Shown here in pieces: positions 1-8,714 of a stretch of DNA of 64,000 bases. Origin of the DNA: an uncultured cyanobacterium (GTDB lineage: Bacteria; Cyanobacteriota; Cyanobacteriia; PCC-9006; JAAUQQ01); contig OY970368.1 in NCBI GenBank assembly GCA_963718615.1, forward strand, positions 1,120,001 through 1,184,000. Direction: 5' to 3'. Positions within the stretch are counted from its first letter, which is position 1; each line of letters begins with the position of its first letter. The notes under the pieces were generated by a model that saw only the letters and a program-made list of their open reading frames with translations, ran no database searches and was not told the DNA's origin. The position numbers and the translations under genes are program-made.

Positions 1-525
1 TCTAGCCCGCTCAATCGCCATCAGATAGTCTCCCAGACCCAGTTGTAGCATCGTCACCGGTCGCAATTCCGGGTTGCCATAGGAGAGTTTGCTAATGATT
101 TGGATCCAGTAGTTGGCGAGTTTCTTTTGACGAACGTCGGCTTCTTGTCGCGCAGCTTGGTTTTGGCCGGGGGGGAGCAGCAACTCATTGGCTAAGCTCG
201 CATCTAATGCCGCTAGACTATCCTGAATTCGCAAGGTAGTAAGCATGCTCGGGGCAGAATCCTCGGCCAAAAGGCGCAGAGCGGTCTGCTGTTGCCCCAT
301 GGCGATCAGTCCCAGGGCAACGGTAAAGAATGTGGTCCCACACACTGTATAAAGACCAAGCTTGAGCCATTGCGGGGTGGAAAGCTGTTGGGCGCTGGTT
401 GGGATGGGATTGGGCAGCGTGAGGACAGAACGGTCTGCGGTGACAAAGGGAGCAAGTTTACCGAGTTTCTCAAGCAACACGTTCAAGCGGAGATGGCTTT
501 GGAGGCGAGATCGAATCAGGGTCAT
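1..525 (-). CDS. GlnX-like membrane protein (partial, runs off window start; absent from ORF track)
   Basis: ATG at 525 overlaps the FHA gene stop (ATGA) and the frame is open to base 1. Translation MTLIRSRL...LGLYTVCGTTFFTVALGLIAM (TM)...DSAPSMLTTLRIQDSLAALDASLANELL resembles the helical sensor segment of actinobacterial GlnX-like proteins. Confidence 0.6.
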   Translation of the reverse strand, partial: MTLIRSRLQSHLRLNVLLEKLGKLAPFVTADRSVLTLPNPIPTSAQQLSTPQWLKLGLYTVCGTTFFTVALGLIAMGQQQTALRLLAEDSAPSMLTTLRIQDSLAALDASLANELLLPPGQNQAARQEADVRQKKLANYWIQIISKLSYGNPELRPVTMLQLGLGDYLMAIERAR

Positions 526-1241
526 GGCGATTCTTGAAGGGTGACGGTAAGACGAGTCCAGTGGCCCAGGGTAAAACTATCGCCGCTGTGGAGGGGATAA
601 TCTTGGAGTGGGGTTAAGGGTTGTCCCCGCAAGTAAGTGCCGTTTGAAGAGCCTAAATCCCGGAGGACGAGGATTTGCTGAGGGTGAGGCGTCAAGAGGG
701 CATGGCGCTGGGAAACGGCATTGTCAAAGTCCAAGGCGATGTCTGGATAGATGGCTTTGGTTGGGCTGGTGCGTCCGATGAGTGTGGGACCCGGCTGGAG
801 GGCAAGGGGCTCGGGATTGCGATCCGGGGGAGCAGGGGAGAGATTTGGGTCCCAGAGGCTGGGGTCGATGCTGAGGGTCAGGGTCCAGTGGGATATGGAT
901 TGTTGTTGGGGGGCCGTACTGGAAGCGGATTGGGGAGCGGGTTGAGGAGTGGATTGGGGAGCGGATTGAGAAGCCGATTGACTGAGGCTAAAGTTGTAGC
1001 CACAAACTTCACAAAACTGGCCCCAGGTCATTTGATGGAGGCTGGTGCAATCGGGACAGGCGATCGCCTCCTCCATCGGATCCTCCCGCTTCTCTTCAGG
1101 CGGGTCTGCCAGAGGCTCCGCATCGGCGATGGTCTTCAGTTTGAGTCCACATTCTGAGCAAAAGTCAGGCTCAGTGGATGGATGGCCCTGGGGACAGGCG
1201 CGCGCAGGTGTAGAGGCAAGAGGAGAAGACATAGGAGGCAA
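522..1241 (-). CDS. Zn-ribbon + FHA domain protein
   Basis: CPQGH..FCSECG and CPDC..FCEVCG motifs; FHA motifs IGR, VSQRHA, DLGSSNGT. Confidence 0.9.
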   Translation of the reverse strand: MPPMSSPLASTPARACPQGHPSTEPDFCSECGLKLKTIADAEPLADPPEEKREDPMEEAIACPDCTSLHQMTWGQFCEVCGYNFSLSQSASQSAPQSTPQPAPQSASSTAPQQQSISHWTLTLSIDPSLWDPNLSPAPPDRNPEPLALQPGPTLIGRTSPTKAIYPDIALDFDNAVSQRHALLTPHPQQILVLRDLGSSNGTYLRGQPLTPLQDYPLHSGDSFTLGHWTRLTVTLQESP

Positions 1242-1262
1242 GAGCGCAACAACAGGCAGGGG

Positions 1263-2564
1263 TTATGAATGGGCGGCAGGGGTTTGCAGACGGGTGGTTT
1301 TGACCGAGCGAGTTTCCAGGGCCATGGCATCGGCCTTGGCGATATCGCGACGGAGCTTAACCGTGCCCGTGGCGGCGTCTTCGACTTCGACGATTTTGTG
1401 GAGGAGTTTGGCAGTGGCTTCGTTGCCGGAGGTTTGGGCAAGCTGGACAGCCCGACCGAGCTTAGCGGTGGCTTCTTCGAAATGACCGCGATCGCGTGCC
1501 TCCAGTCCCTGCTGAATGGTATCGGCAAGTTCCGCTTGGCCGGTGTAGTGGGCGACGCGACGATCGATTTTAGTGGATCGGGATTCATCATCGGTCCAAA
1601 TGGCGAGCACCTTGGCTTCGGTAATTTTGACTTCGTCGCCCTGGACCAAGCTGATCAAACTGGCCCGACCGGCTAGCATTTCATCCCCCACTTTGCCGGG
1701 CTGGACCTGTAGGCAAAAATGGTAATCGCGGGATTCACTCGTACCCCAGGCACCGGTCGGATAGTCACGCGTTTGGGGGTTAGACAGCGTCGCTTTATCC
1801 GTTAAGTCCATTAATTCGGGACTAACCTGTTTACAATACATCACCTCAGCACCACGGGGGGTCCAAAGCCGCAGCCGAATTTCCCGAATCGATTTTTGAG
1901 CGGCGCTACCCAAAATATCCAGAAAATCCTCAGCCATCTGTTCGGGCTCCGGGATAATGTCGGTGGTGCCGAGCAGTTTCTCCGCGATGGTTTTTAGTTC
2001 TTTGACCCTCCAATCTGTGCCAACGCCTCGACAATGGCACTGAAATTGGCCTTGGCAACGGTCTAACAGGGTTGCCAGGGCCTCCTCATCGGAGGCATCG
2101 TTTTGACCATCCGTGAGCAACAGGGCTTGGCAAATGGCGTGGGGTTGTTTGGCGAACTCTTGCTGGGCAGCGTCGAGCCAAGTGGAAATGCGAGTACTGC
2201 CGCTGGCGCGGATTCTGCGGACTTTGGCGATCGCCTGTACCTTCTCTGTTTCTGAAGCCGCAACCATGGGCACCAAAACTTGACTATGGCCTGATCCCAA
2301 AATCACAAAAAATGACGCGCTGGATGGCAATAATTCGATGGCCTGGGTCAAAGCCTTCCGAGCCGCCGCAATTTTTTCACTCCCCATGGAGCCAGACACA
2401 TCGCAAATCATGCCAAAGAGTAAAGGCGTATCAAAGACATCGCTGTTCGATGCTTCCAAACTTTCCCCCCCGCTGCTGACGGTCATAATCGCATGGACTT
2501 CTTGGCTTTGCTCGGGAAGGTAGGGATTTTGAAAAACTTCAGCGGTAAACGTGGTTTGGGTCAT
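1263..2564 (-). CDS. vWA domain protein
   Basis: MIDAS motif DVSGSM and LLTDG; C-terminal helical region. Confidence 0.9.
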   Translation of the reverse strand: MTQTTFTAEVFQNPYLPEQSQEVHAIMTVSSGGESLEASNSDVFDTPLLFGMICDVSGSMGSEKIAAARKALTQAIELLPSSASFFVILGSGHSQVLVPMVAASETEKVQAIAKVRRIRASGSTRISTWLDAAQQEFAKQPHAICQALLLTDGQNDASDEEALATLLDRCQGQFQCHCRGVGTDWRVKELKTIAEKLLGTTDIIPEPEQMAEDFLDILGSAAQKSIREIRLRLWTPRGAEVMYCKQVSPELMDLTDKATLSNPQTRDYPTGAWGTSESRDYHFCLQVQPGKVGDEMLAGRASLISLVQGDEVKITEAKVLAIWTDDESRSTKIDRRVAHYTGQAELADTIQQGLEARDRGHFEEATAKLGRAVQLAQTSGNEATAKLLHKIVEVEDAATGTVKLRRDIAKADAMALETRSVKTTRLQTPAAHS

Positions 2565-2594
2565 GATGGTTTAGGAAGTGGTTTAGGGAATGGT

Positions 2595-3581
2595 CTAGGG
2601 AATAGAAATTTGTAGTAACGCAGCGCTGATATTGTCGTGGCCCCCTTGGCTGCGGGCAAAGTCGATCAGCCGTTGGGTCAGGATCGCTGTGGGGGGAGCG
2701 GCAGTCTCAGCAGCCTCTGGACATTCGGACCGTTGGAGGAACTGCCACAGGTGCTCCGGCTCCGGCGCGTAGTTCCAGAGACCATCGCTACACAGCAGCA
2801 CATAGCCTGACCCTGGCAGTTCAACGGTGGTAAACTGCGGCGGAAATTGGTGAAAATCCGCATCGGCTCCAAGCCAGCGCGTCAGTTGATGGTGTTGCAC
2901 CGAGTCGCTGTGGTCCTGGGTGATTTGATACCCACCCCTTGAGGAAAGCCAATAGGCCCGACTGTCGCCGAGCCAACCAACCGCTAATTGGCGATCGCGC
3001 ACCAAAGCCGCGACGACCGTGGTTGCTGGAACATTGGATTCCCCCCGAGCGAGATCGGTGACGGCGGTCTGGGCTTGAGCCATGGCCGGTTCCAAAAGCT
3101 CAACTAAAGGCCTATCCGTCGCCGTTGCAGAAGTTATCTGATTTTGTAAGACTTGGCTAATCGTAGCGACGGCGACCTGAGCTGCGAGCTCCGCACGGCT
3201 GGCACTGCCGATACCATCACAAAGAATGAGTCCCCAATAGGCAGGCTGGGCGGCTTGGGCCGGTTGGTTGAGCAGGGCAATGGCGTCTTGATTGAGGCGA
3301 CGACGCAAACCGCGATCGCTCAAGGCCGCACAGCGAGATGACAGTTGCAGTTGCAGAGGCGGATCCTCAGGCATTGAGCGCAAACCACAATCTTGACAAA
3401 AGCCCTCAGCATCCAAGGCCAGTGCACCACAATGGTTACAGGGTTGGGAGGGCAGAGCGGGGGCAGAGCAAGGGGTACCGCAGGTTTCACAGAAGCGATC
3501 GCCCGTAAACAAAGGCGCGTTGCACTGGGAACAAAGATGTCTGAGCGCAACTTGTAGAGGAGGAGGAGAGGTCATAGACAA
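2595..3581 (-). CDS. Double Zn-ribbon + PP2C Ser/Thr phosphatase
   Basis: Four CxxC pairs; NQDA, CDGIG, GDSRAY, CSDGLWN, GGHDN motifs. Confidence 0.9.
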   Translation of the reverse strand: MSMTSPPPLQVALRHLCSQCNAPLFTGDRFCETCGTPCSAPALPSQPCNHCGALALDAEGFCQDCGLRSMPEDPPLQLQLSSRCAALSDRGLRRRLNQDAIALLNQPAQAAQPAYWGLILCDGIGSASRAELAAQVAVATISQVLQNQITSATATDRPLVELLEPAMAQAQTAVTDLARGESNVPATTVVAALVRDRQLAVGWLGDSRAYWLSSRGGYQITQDHSDSVQHHQLTRWLGADADFHQFPPQFTTVELPGSGYVLLCSDGLWNYAPEPEHLWQFLQRSECPEAAETAAPPTAILTQRLIDFARSQGGHDNISAALLQISIP

Positions 3582-3620
3582 GGACGGAATGGCAGAATGG
3601 GATTTAATAACCGAAGCAGG

Positions 3621-5760
3621 CTACACCCAGGTCAACGGACGGATTTGATTGGCTTGATCCACGAGCCAAGTCCGTTCTAAACCGGCACTCAACCGGGCCA
3701 GGGAGCGCAGGGTTTGTTCGAGGGCTTGTCGCAGGTCGAGGATGGTGAGCCGACATTGACTTAGGCGGATGTCAGCCCGTTCCGGGAGGTGCTGGTTTTC
3801 GAGCAGATAGAGGGCAGTATTCAGCAACAGATACCGCTGTCGATGGGCTGCTTGGGGATCAAGGGTGATCTGGGCTAGGTAATCCGCTGCCGCTTGCAAG
3901 TCCTGTAGGGTGGGGAGAGAAGGTTTGAGTTGTAGATGGATCTGGACCATGTCGAGGCGCGATCGCCCATACAACCTTGACGTGGGTGGAATCTGCTGAA
4001 GGACTTGCAGGACCTGAGTGCGAACCTGTGGAAAATTCTTTCCGAATGGTTCTCCAGCGGCAAGGGCACACCGAGCCAAACCACAGGCAGCCGCTTCATA
4101 GCGGACATCGGTTTGCAAGACACGATGATAGAGCCTCAGGGCTCGGCTCCAGTTTTCAGTCAGTTCTGCGACTTGGGCCAAAGCCAGTTGGGGGGCTAAC
4201 TCTCCCGGTAGGTGATTGTAGACCTGCTCTAGCAAGGGTTGAGCTTGTAGGGCACGTCCTTTCAACAGCCGCAGTTGGGCTCGCTGCCAAGCCACTCGCC
4301 AGTCCGCAGGCTGATTAACCGCACACCGGTTCAAAAGCTGTTCAGCGGGGTTGAGATCAGCTTGGATCATGAGCAGTTGACTGCGCAGCAAAAGCGTAGC
4401 CTGGGAAGTGGGAACCTGCTGACTCAATCGCTTGAGCTCCTGGAGTTGCTGGGCGGAATCGGTCAGGCTCAGCAAGGGCAAGATGGCGCTATAGGCGGGG
4501 TCCTTCTGGGTCTAGCAGAAGCGTGGGCAGCCGGTTTGGGGCAGATCGTTGGGCGTCATCGGGCACAAAGTAATGGCTGCGGCTAGGAATGGGCTGTCCC
4601 GTTTCCTGGGCCACGACCTCCCGCAGGACTCCCGCCAGTTGCTCTGCCATGTCTTCAGCGGACTGAAAGCGCTGCGCTGGCTTCTGGGCTGTGGCCCGCT
4701 GCAAAAAGCGATAGAGCGATTCTTGCTGGGCAAACAGCGGTACTTGGTCCGGCGTGGGCAGGCGATCGCGATTCCGCTCACTAAATTCCGGGATGACCGC
4801 TACCAGCACCGCCAGCGTCCGCCCCACGGTAAACAAATCCGAGGCAGGCGTAGGTCCCGCCCCCGCTTCTGGCGCGCTGTACCCCACGGTACCGTAAATA
4901 TCCCCCTGGGGATCATCAATGCGACGCACCGCCCCCATATCAATCAGTTTGATGCTGTTTCCTTCTAGCATCAGGTTGTCGGGCTTAAAATCGCAGTAGA
5001 CCAACCCTTGATTGTGAAGATAGCCAAAGGCTCCGAGGATACCGTGGATGTAGGCGATCGCCTCCGCCACCGGCAGAGGACCGCGCTCCCGCCGCAGTTG
5101 ACGCAGGGTTTGTCCCGCCACATATTCCATCACAATCAAGCCTTCGCCGCCGTGGGTCACAAAGTTGTATACCCCGACAATGTTGGGATGCTTGACCGCT
5201 GCCAGAAACTGCCGCTCCGCTAAGGCCACCGCCGCACTGGAGTCATCTTCGCTATTGAGCAGTCCCTTGAGAACCACGTAGCGAGAGAGGACGCGATCGA
5301 ACCCAAGATAAATCCAGCCGAGTCCCCCGTAGGCGATCGCCCCCTTCACCTCATACTGCTCCGCCACCACATCCCCAGCCCTAAGACTGGGCACAAAGGA
5401 ATAGCGATGGCCGCATTGTCCACAAAAACCGCGATCGCGACGCACCGGATGATCGCAGTGGCCACAGAAGCGTTTGTGAGCCGGTACGCTGGGATCTTGC
5501 AGAAGCAACGCTTCGGGATCGCGAGCGGGCAGAGGGGGCAGGGAAACCAGTCCCAGGCCGAGTCCTCCGCTATTGCGGGTGCTGGTGTTTCGGGTGCTGG
5601 TGTTTCGGGTGCTGCTGAGAGAGATGGAACCTGGATCGCTAGAGACGGTCGCGCCTAGTGTAGAAACCAATCTAGGTTGTTCGGCAAGACCACAGCAGTT
5701 GCAATAGCCCTCTTCGAGAATACCGGTGCATTGGGGGTACTGACAGCGATCGCCATCCAT
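3621..5760 (-). pseudogene. pknG: PknG-like Ser/Thr kinase (rubredoxin-kinase-TPR), split by a 1-nt frameshift at 4502-4503 into ORFs 4489-5760 and 3621-4481
   Basis: CGHC..CGQC rubredoxin motif, GGLGWIYLG, VVLKGLL, DFKPDN, LIDMGA; TPR-like C-terminus ending ANQIRPLTWV. Removing one base gives DPEDPAYSAILPLL in frame. Confidence 0.8.
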
Positions 5761-5857
5761 CGTAATTGCTCCTAAATTCAATCGGTTCTTTGCTGAATGG
5801 GGCTAAAAATTAAAATAAATAGACCGACTAGAGTTCAAGCTCTCTAGAGCTAGAGAG

Positions 5858-6763
5858 CTAGCGATTGAGCTGCTGCTCATACTGCTGCGTCCACAATTCC
5901 ACTTCGTCAAGGGGTGTCGGACGGCTATAAAGACCTTGCTCTGCGCACTTCGCCAATTGGCAAAGCTGAGGAATTTCGATTTTTCCCTTGGCTTGGGCCT
6001 TGGCTTGAAGGGCCTGCAATCGGCCTCGTAATTCTTTCCGTAGGGCAAGGTCCCGTTTATAGCAGGCCAAACTCGATTCGATCGCCTCAACCACTGGGGT
6101 GAAGGCTTGCTGCCAGGTCAATAATGCTTCTCGTGCATGGGGCAACTGACTCAGTTGCTCCAACTGCTGTTGGAGATTCAACAGGGTTTCCTCGGAGGGA
6201 AACAAGGGAGGGCTGTGGCGATGGATTTTAGTTTGATATTCCCGTTGAAGGATAAGGGCATCGGCATAGCGATCGCGACAGCTCAACCACCGCTGGCGAC
6301 AGTCCTCGATCGCCGCTTGCAGTGCTCCCACTTCCTCCCAATAGGTAGTTTCCCACTGGTCCAAGGCTTGCCAAAGCTGTTGATGCCCCTGAATCAGGCG
6401 CGAGAGCAAGGTTTCGGGTAGAATCCGCTCGCCTGAGGGCAGATCAATGGAGGGTTCGGTCAACAGAGCTGCAACTGTTGCCAGAGCTGTTTTTCCCAAT
6501 AGCGGTTGGTGTTGTTGGCGATGGTTCTGGGCGCGATGGAGAAAATTGATCAAGCAATCGAACTGTTCAAACAAAGCCTGAGATTCGCTCAGCAGGGCTT
6601 GGCCAGTGGGGTCAAGGGTGGCAGAGGCCGTTCGACTCAGTGCCACCAAGCGTTGATAGCTGGGCAAATCATCAAAACGCAGCAGCGCTTGGCTCATCAC
6701 ATCCACCCGCTGCTGCCAGTCCATCAGCAGGCGATCGATTTGTTCAACGGTGGCTATCACCAT
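5858..6763 (-). CDS. Helical/coiled-coil hypothetical protein, first gene of the kinase operon
   Basis: 301-aa Q/L/E-rich ORF co-oriented with the kinase cluster. Confidence 0.7.
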   Translation of the reverse strand: MVIATVEQIDRLLMDWQQRVDVMSQALLRFDDLPSYQRLVALSRTASATLDPTGQALLSESQALFEQFDCLINFLHRAQNHRQQHQPLLGKTALATVAALLTEPSIDLPSGERILPETLLSRLIQGHQQLWQALDQWETTYWEEVGALQAAIEDCRQRWLSCRDRYADALILQREYQTKIHRHSPPLFPSEETLLNLQQQLEQLSQLPHAREALLTWQQAFTPVVEAIESSLACYKRDLALRKELRGRLQALQAKAQAKGKIEIPQLCQLAKCAEQGLYSRPTPLDEVELWTQQYEQQLNR

Positions 6764-7126
6764 GGGGATGTCCCTTGGGGCGTGGTCGCCAGATAGGTCA
6801 TTGGTCTATCAGCCCTGGATCAAACTCTTATCTAATTGCCTCGCATACTGCCATGACTGGATTTTTAATTTGTACGATCGCCACCTAGAAATCTATCGCG
6901 AACCGGATAGATGTTGATACAGCCAAGTTTAGGCTGCTCGCCGAGGGCGCGATCGCCCCATACAAAGCCAAAGACAGTCCAAAGCCCTTAAAATATAAGC
7001 ATCAGCCATCGTCCAAGACTCAGACCAAGCACCACAGCCCAAGCAACCTGCCATGCAAATCGTCATTGACAACTCAGCGAGCGGATATGCCATGATAGTG
7101 AGAGAAGACTAGACCAAGGTTAAGTC

Positions 7127-7489
7127 ATGACAACCAAAGAGCTGCTTTTACAAGAGATAGAAGCCCTGCCTGAGTCTGTTTTAGCTCAGTTACTTGTATT
7201 TCTGCATACATTAAAAACAAATCAGACCGACAAAGCCAAATCTATCACCTTGGTTTCAGCATCAGGAGAAATCCAAGTATCGCAGACTGAGCTGATTTGC
7301 CAAGAGCAGAAGTTGACCCTCTCTCCACTCGCAACTCCCGCAACGCCGATGGAGCGAGTTCGGCAGGAACTGAAGCAAGCCTTAGAAAAGGCAGGATATA
7401 CAAACCGAGCATCTATCATCGAACTCGTACAGGACGTGAAACGGGAAATACTACTTGAACGTGAGGTCAGCCGTAGGATCATGGCCTGA
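7127..7489 (+). CDS. Hypothetical protein, DUF2281-like N-terminus
   Basis: MTTKELLLQEIEALPESVLAQLLVFL pattern typical of small cyanobacterial antitoxin-like proteins. Confidence 0.55.
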   Translation: MTTKELLLQEIEALPESVLAQLLVFLHTLKTNQTDKAKSITLVSASGEIQVSQTELICQEQKLTLSPLATPATPMERVRQELKQALEKAGYTNRASIIELVQDVKREILLEREVSRRIMA

Positions 7490-7600
7490 TTCATACAATG
7501 GTTGCAGAAACAAAAGAGTTTAATTGTTATACGCCAGATGAGTTTGCTCAGCAATATCTCTCTGATTCGATTTAAAAGAACGGAGAGAGAATTTACAGCC

Positions 7601-8541
7601 ATGATGTACCTTGACTATCATGCAACTACTCCCTGCGATCGCCGCATCGCCGATCGAATCTACCAAACCCTCACCGAAAACTTTGGTAACGCCAACAGCA
7701 CTGACCATGCCGTAGGCGATCGCGCCGCACAGGCAATCAAAGAAGCAACAAATGCGGTTGCCAACCTCCTCAACACCAACACCAAAGCGATCTTCTTCAC
7801 CTCCGGAGCCACAGAGAGCCTAAACCTCGCCATCCAAGGCACCATCAACGCCCAAGCACAAAAACAAGCGCAAAAACCTCAGCTTCAGTTCGACCGACAA
7901 CCTCGAATTGCCATTTCCCCTGTCGAACATAGCGCCGTGCTCGACCTTTGTCACGCCCTCCACAAGCAAGGCCGAATCGAACTCCTTTTTCTGCAAGTCG
8001 ATCGCCAAGCCAACCTCGATATTCCTCATCTCGAACAAACCTGCGCTAGCGGCCTCGACCTCCTCTGTGTCATGGCCGCCAACAACGAAGTCGGAACCCT
8101 TTATCCCATCCAGCAAATCGCCCGAATTGCCCAACGCCACCAAGTTCCCTTCCTCTGCGACGCCACCCAAGCCGTCGGCAAAATTCCCATCAAATTCAAC
8201 GAATGGGGCATCACGATGCTTGCCCTCTCCGCTCACAAACTGTATGGACCCAAGGGCGTCGGAGCCCTGATTGTTTGCTCAGGCCATCCCTTAAAACCGA
8301 TGCTCTACGGCGGCGGTCAACAGTACGGTTTGCGTCCTGGTACGCTTAACGTCCCTGGCATCGTGGGTTTAGGTGAAGCTTGCCGGTTGCGATCGCTCGA
8401 AATGGAAGAAGACGAGCCAGTGATCGCAAAAAACGCGATCGCCTCCAAACCCTCCTCCAGGCCAAAATCTCTGGCCTCATCATCAATGGTAACCCCAACA
8501 ACCGCCTCGCCGGAAACCTCCACATCGCCATCCCCGGCATT
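7601..8541 (+). pseudogene. Cysteine desulfurase (IscS/DndA-like), frameshifted and truncated
   Basis: YLDYHATTP, FTSGATES and SAHKLYGPKG motifs. Frameshift in the A6 run at 8428-8433 continues as KKRDRLQ...LAGNLHIAIPGI, then homology ends before the catalytic Cys motif. Confidence 0.8.
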
Positions 8542-8628
8542 TATTCCACCAATCAGACGTCGATGAAACGACGCCCAAAATGCAGGTTGCTCCAGATATG
8601 GATCCATTCCCGGAAAAGGCGAGGCCAT
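8542..8628 (-). pseudogene. N-terminal fragment of a DUF4058-family gene
   Basis: MASPFPGMDPYLEQPAFWASFHRRLIGGI, then runs into antisense iscS sequence. Confidence 0.65.
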
Positions 8629-8714
8629 GGGGAAATTCCAGACAAACAACTGTCTTCATCATATCAAGGCTCACAATCCTTGGCGGACCCGCCCATCGCC
8701 GCTAGGCTGGAATC

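Noticed and set aside
1263-5760. Canonical TerY-P defence triad
   Set aside because: The domain classes match, but the kinase has PknG architecture, the vWA is long, the order differs, and FHA and GlnX-like genes are present.
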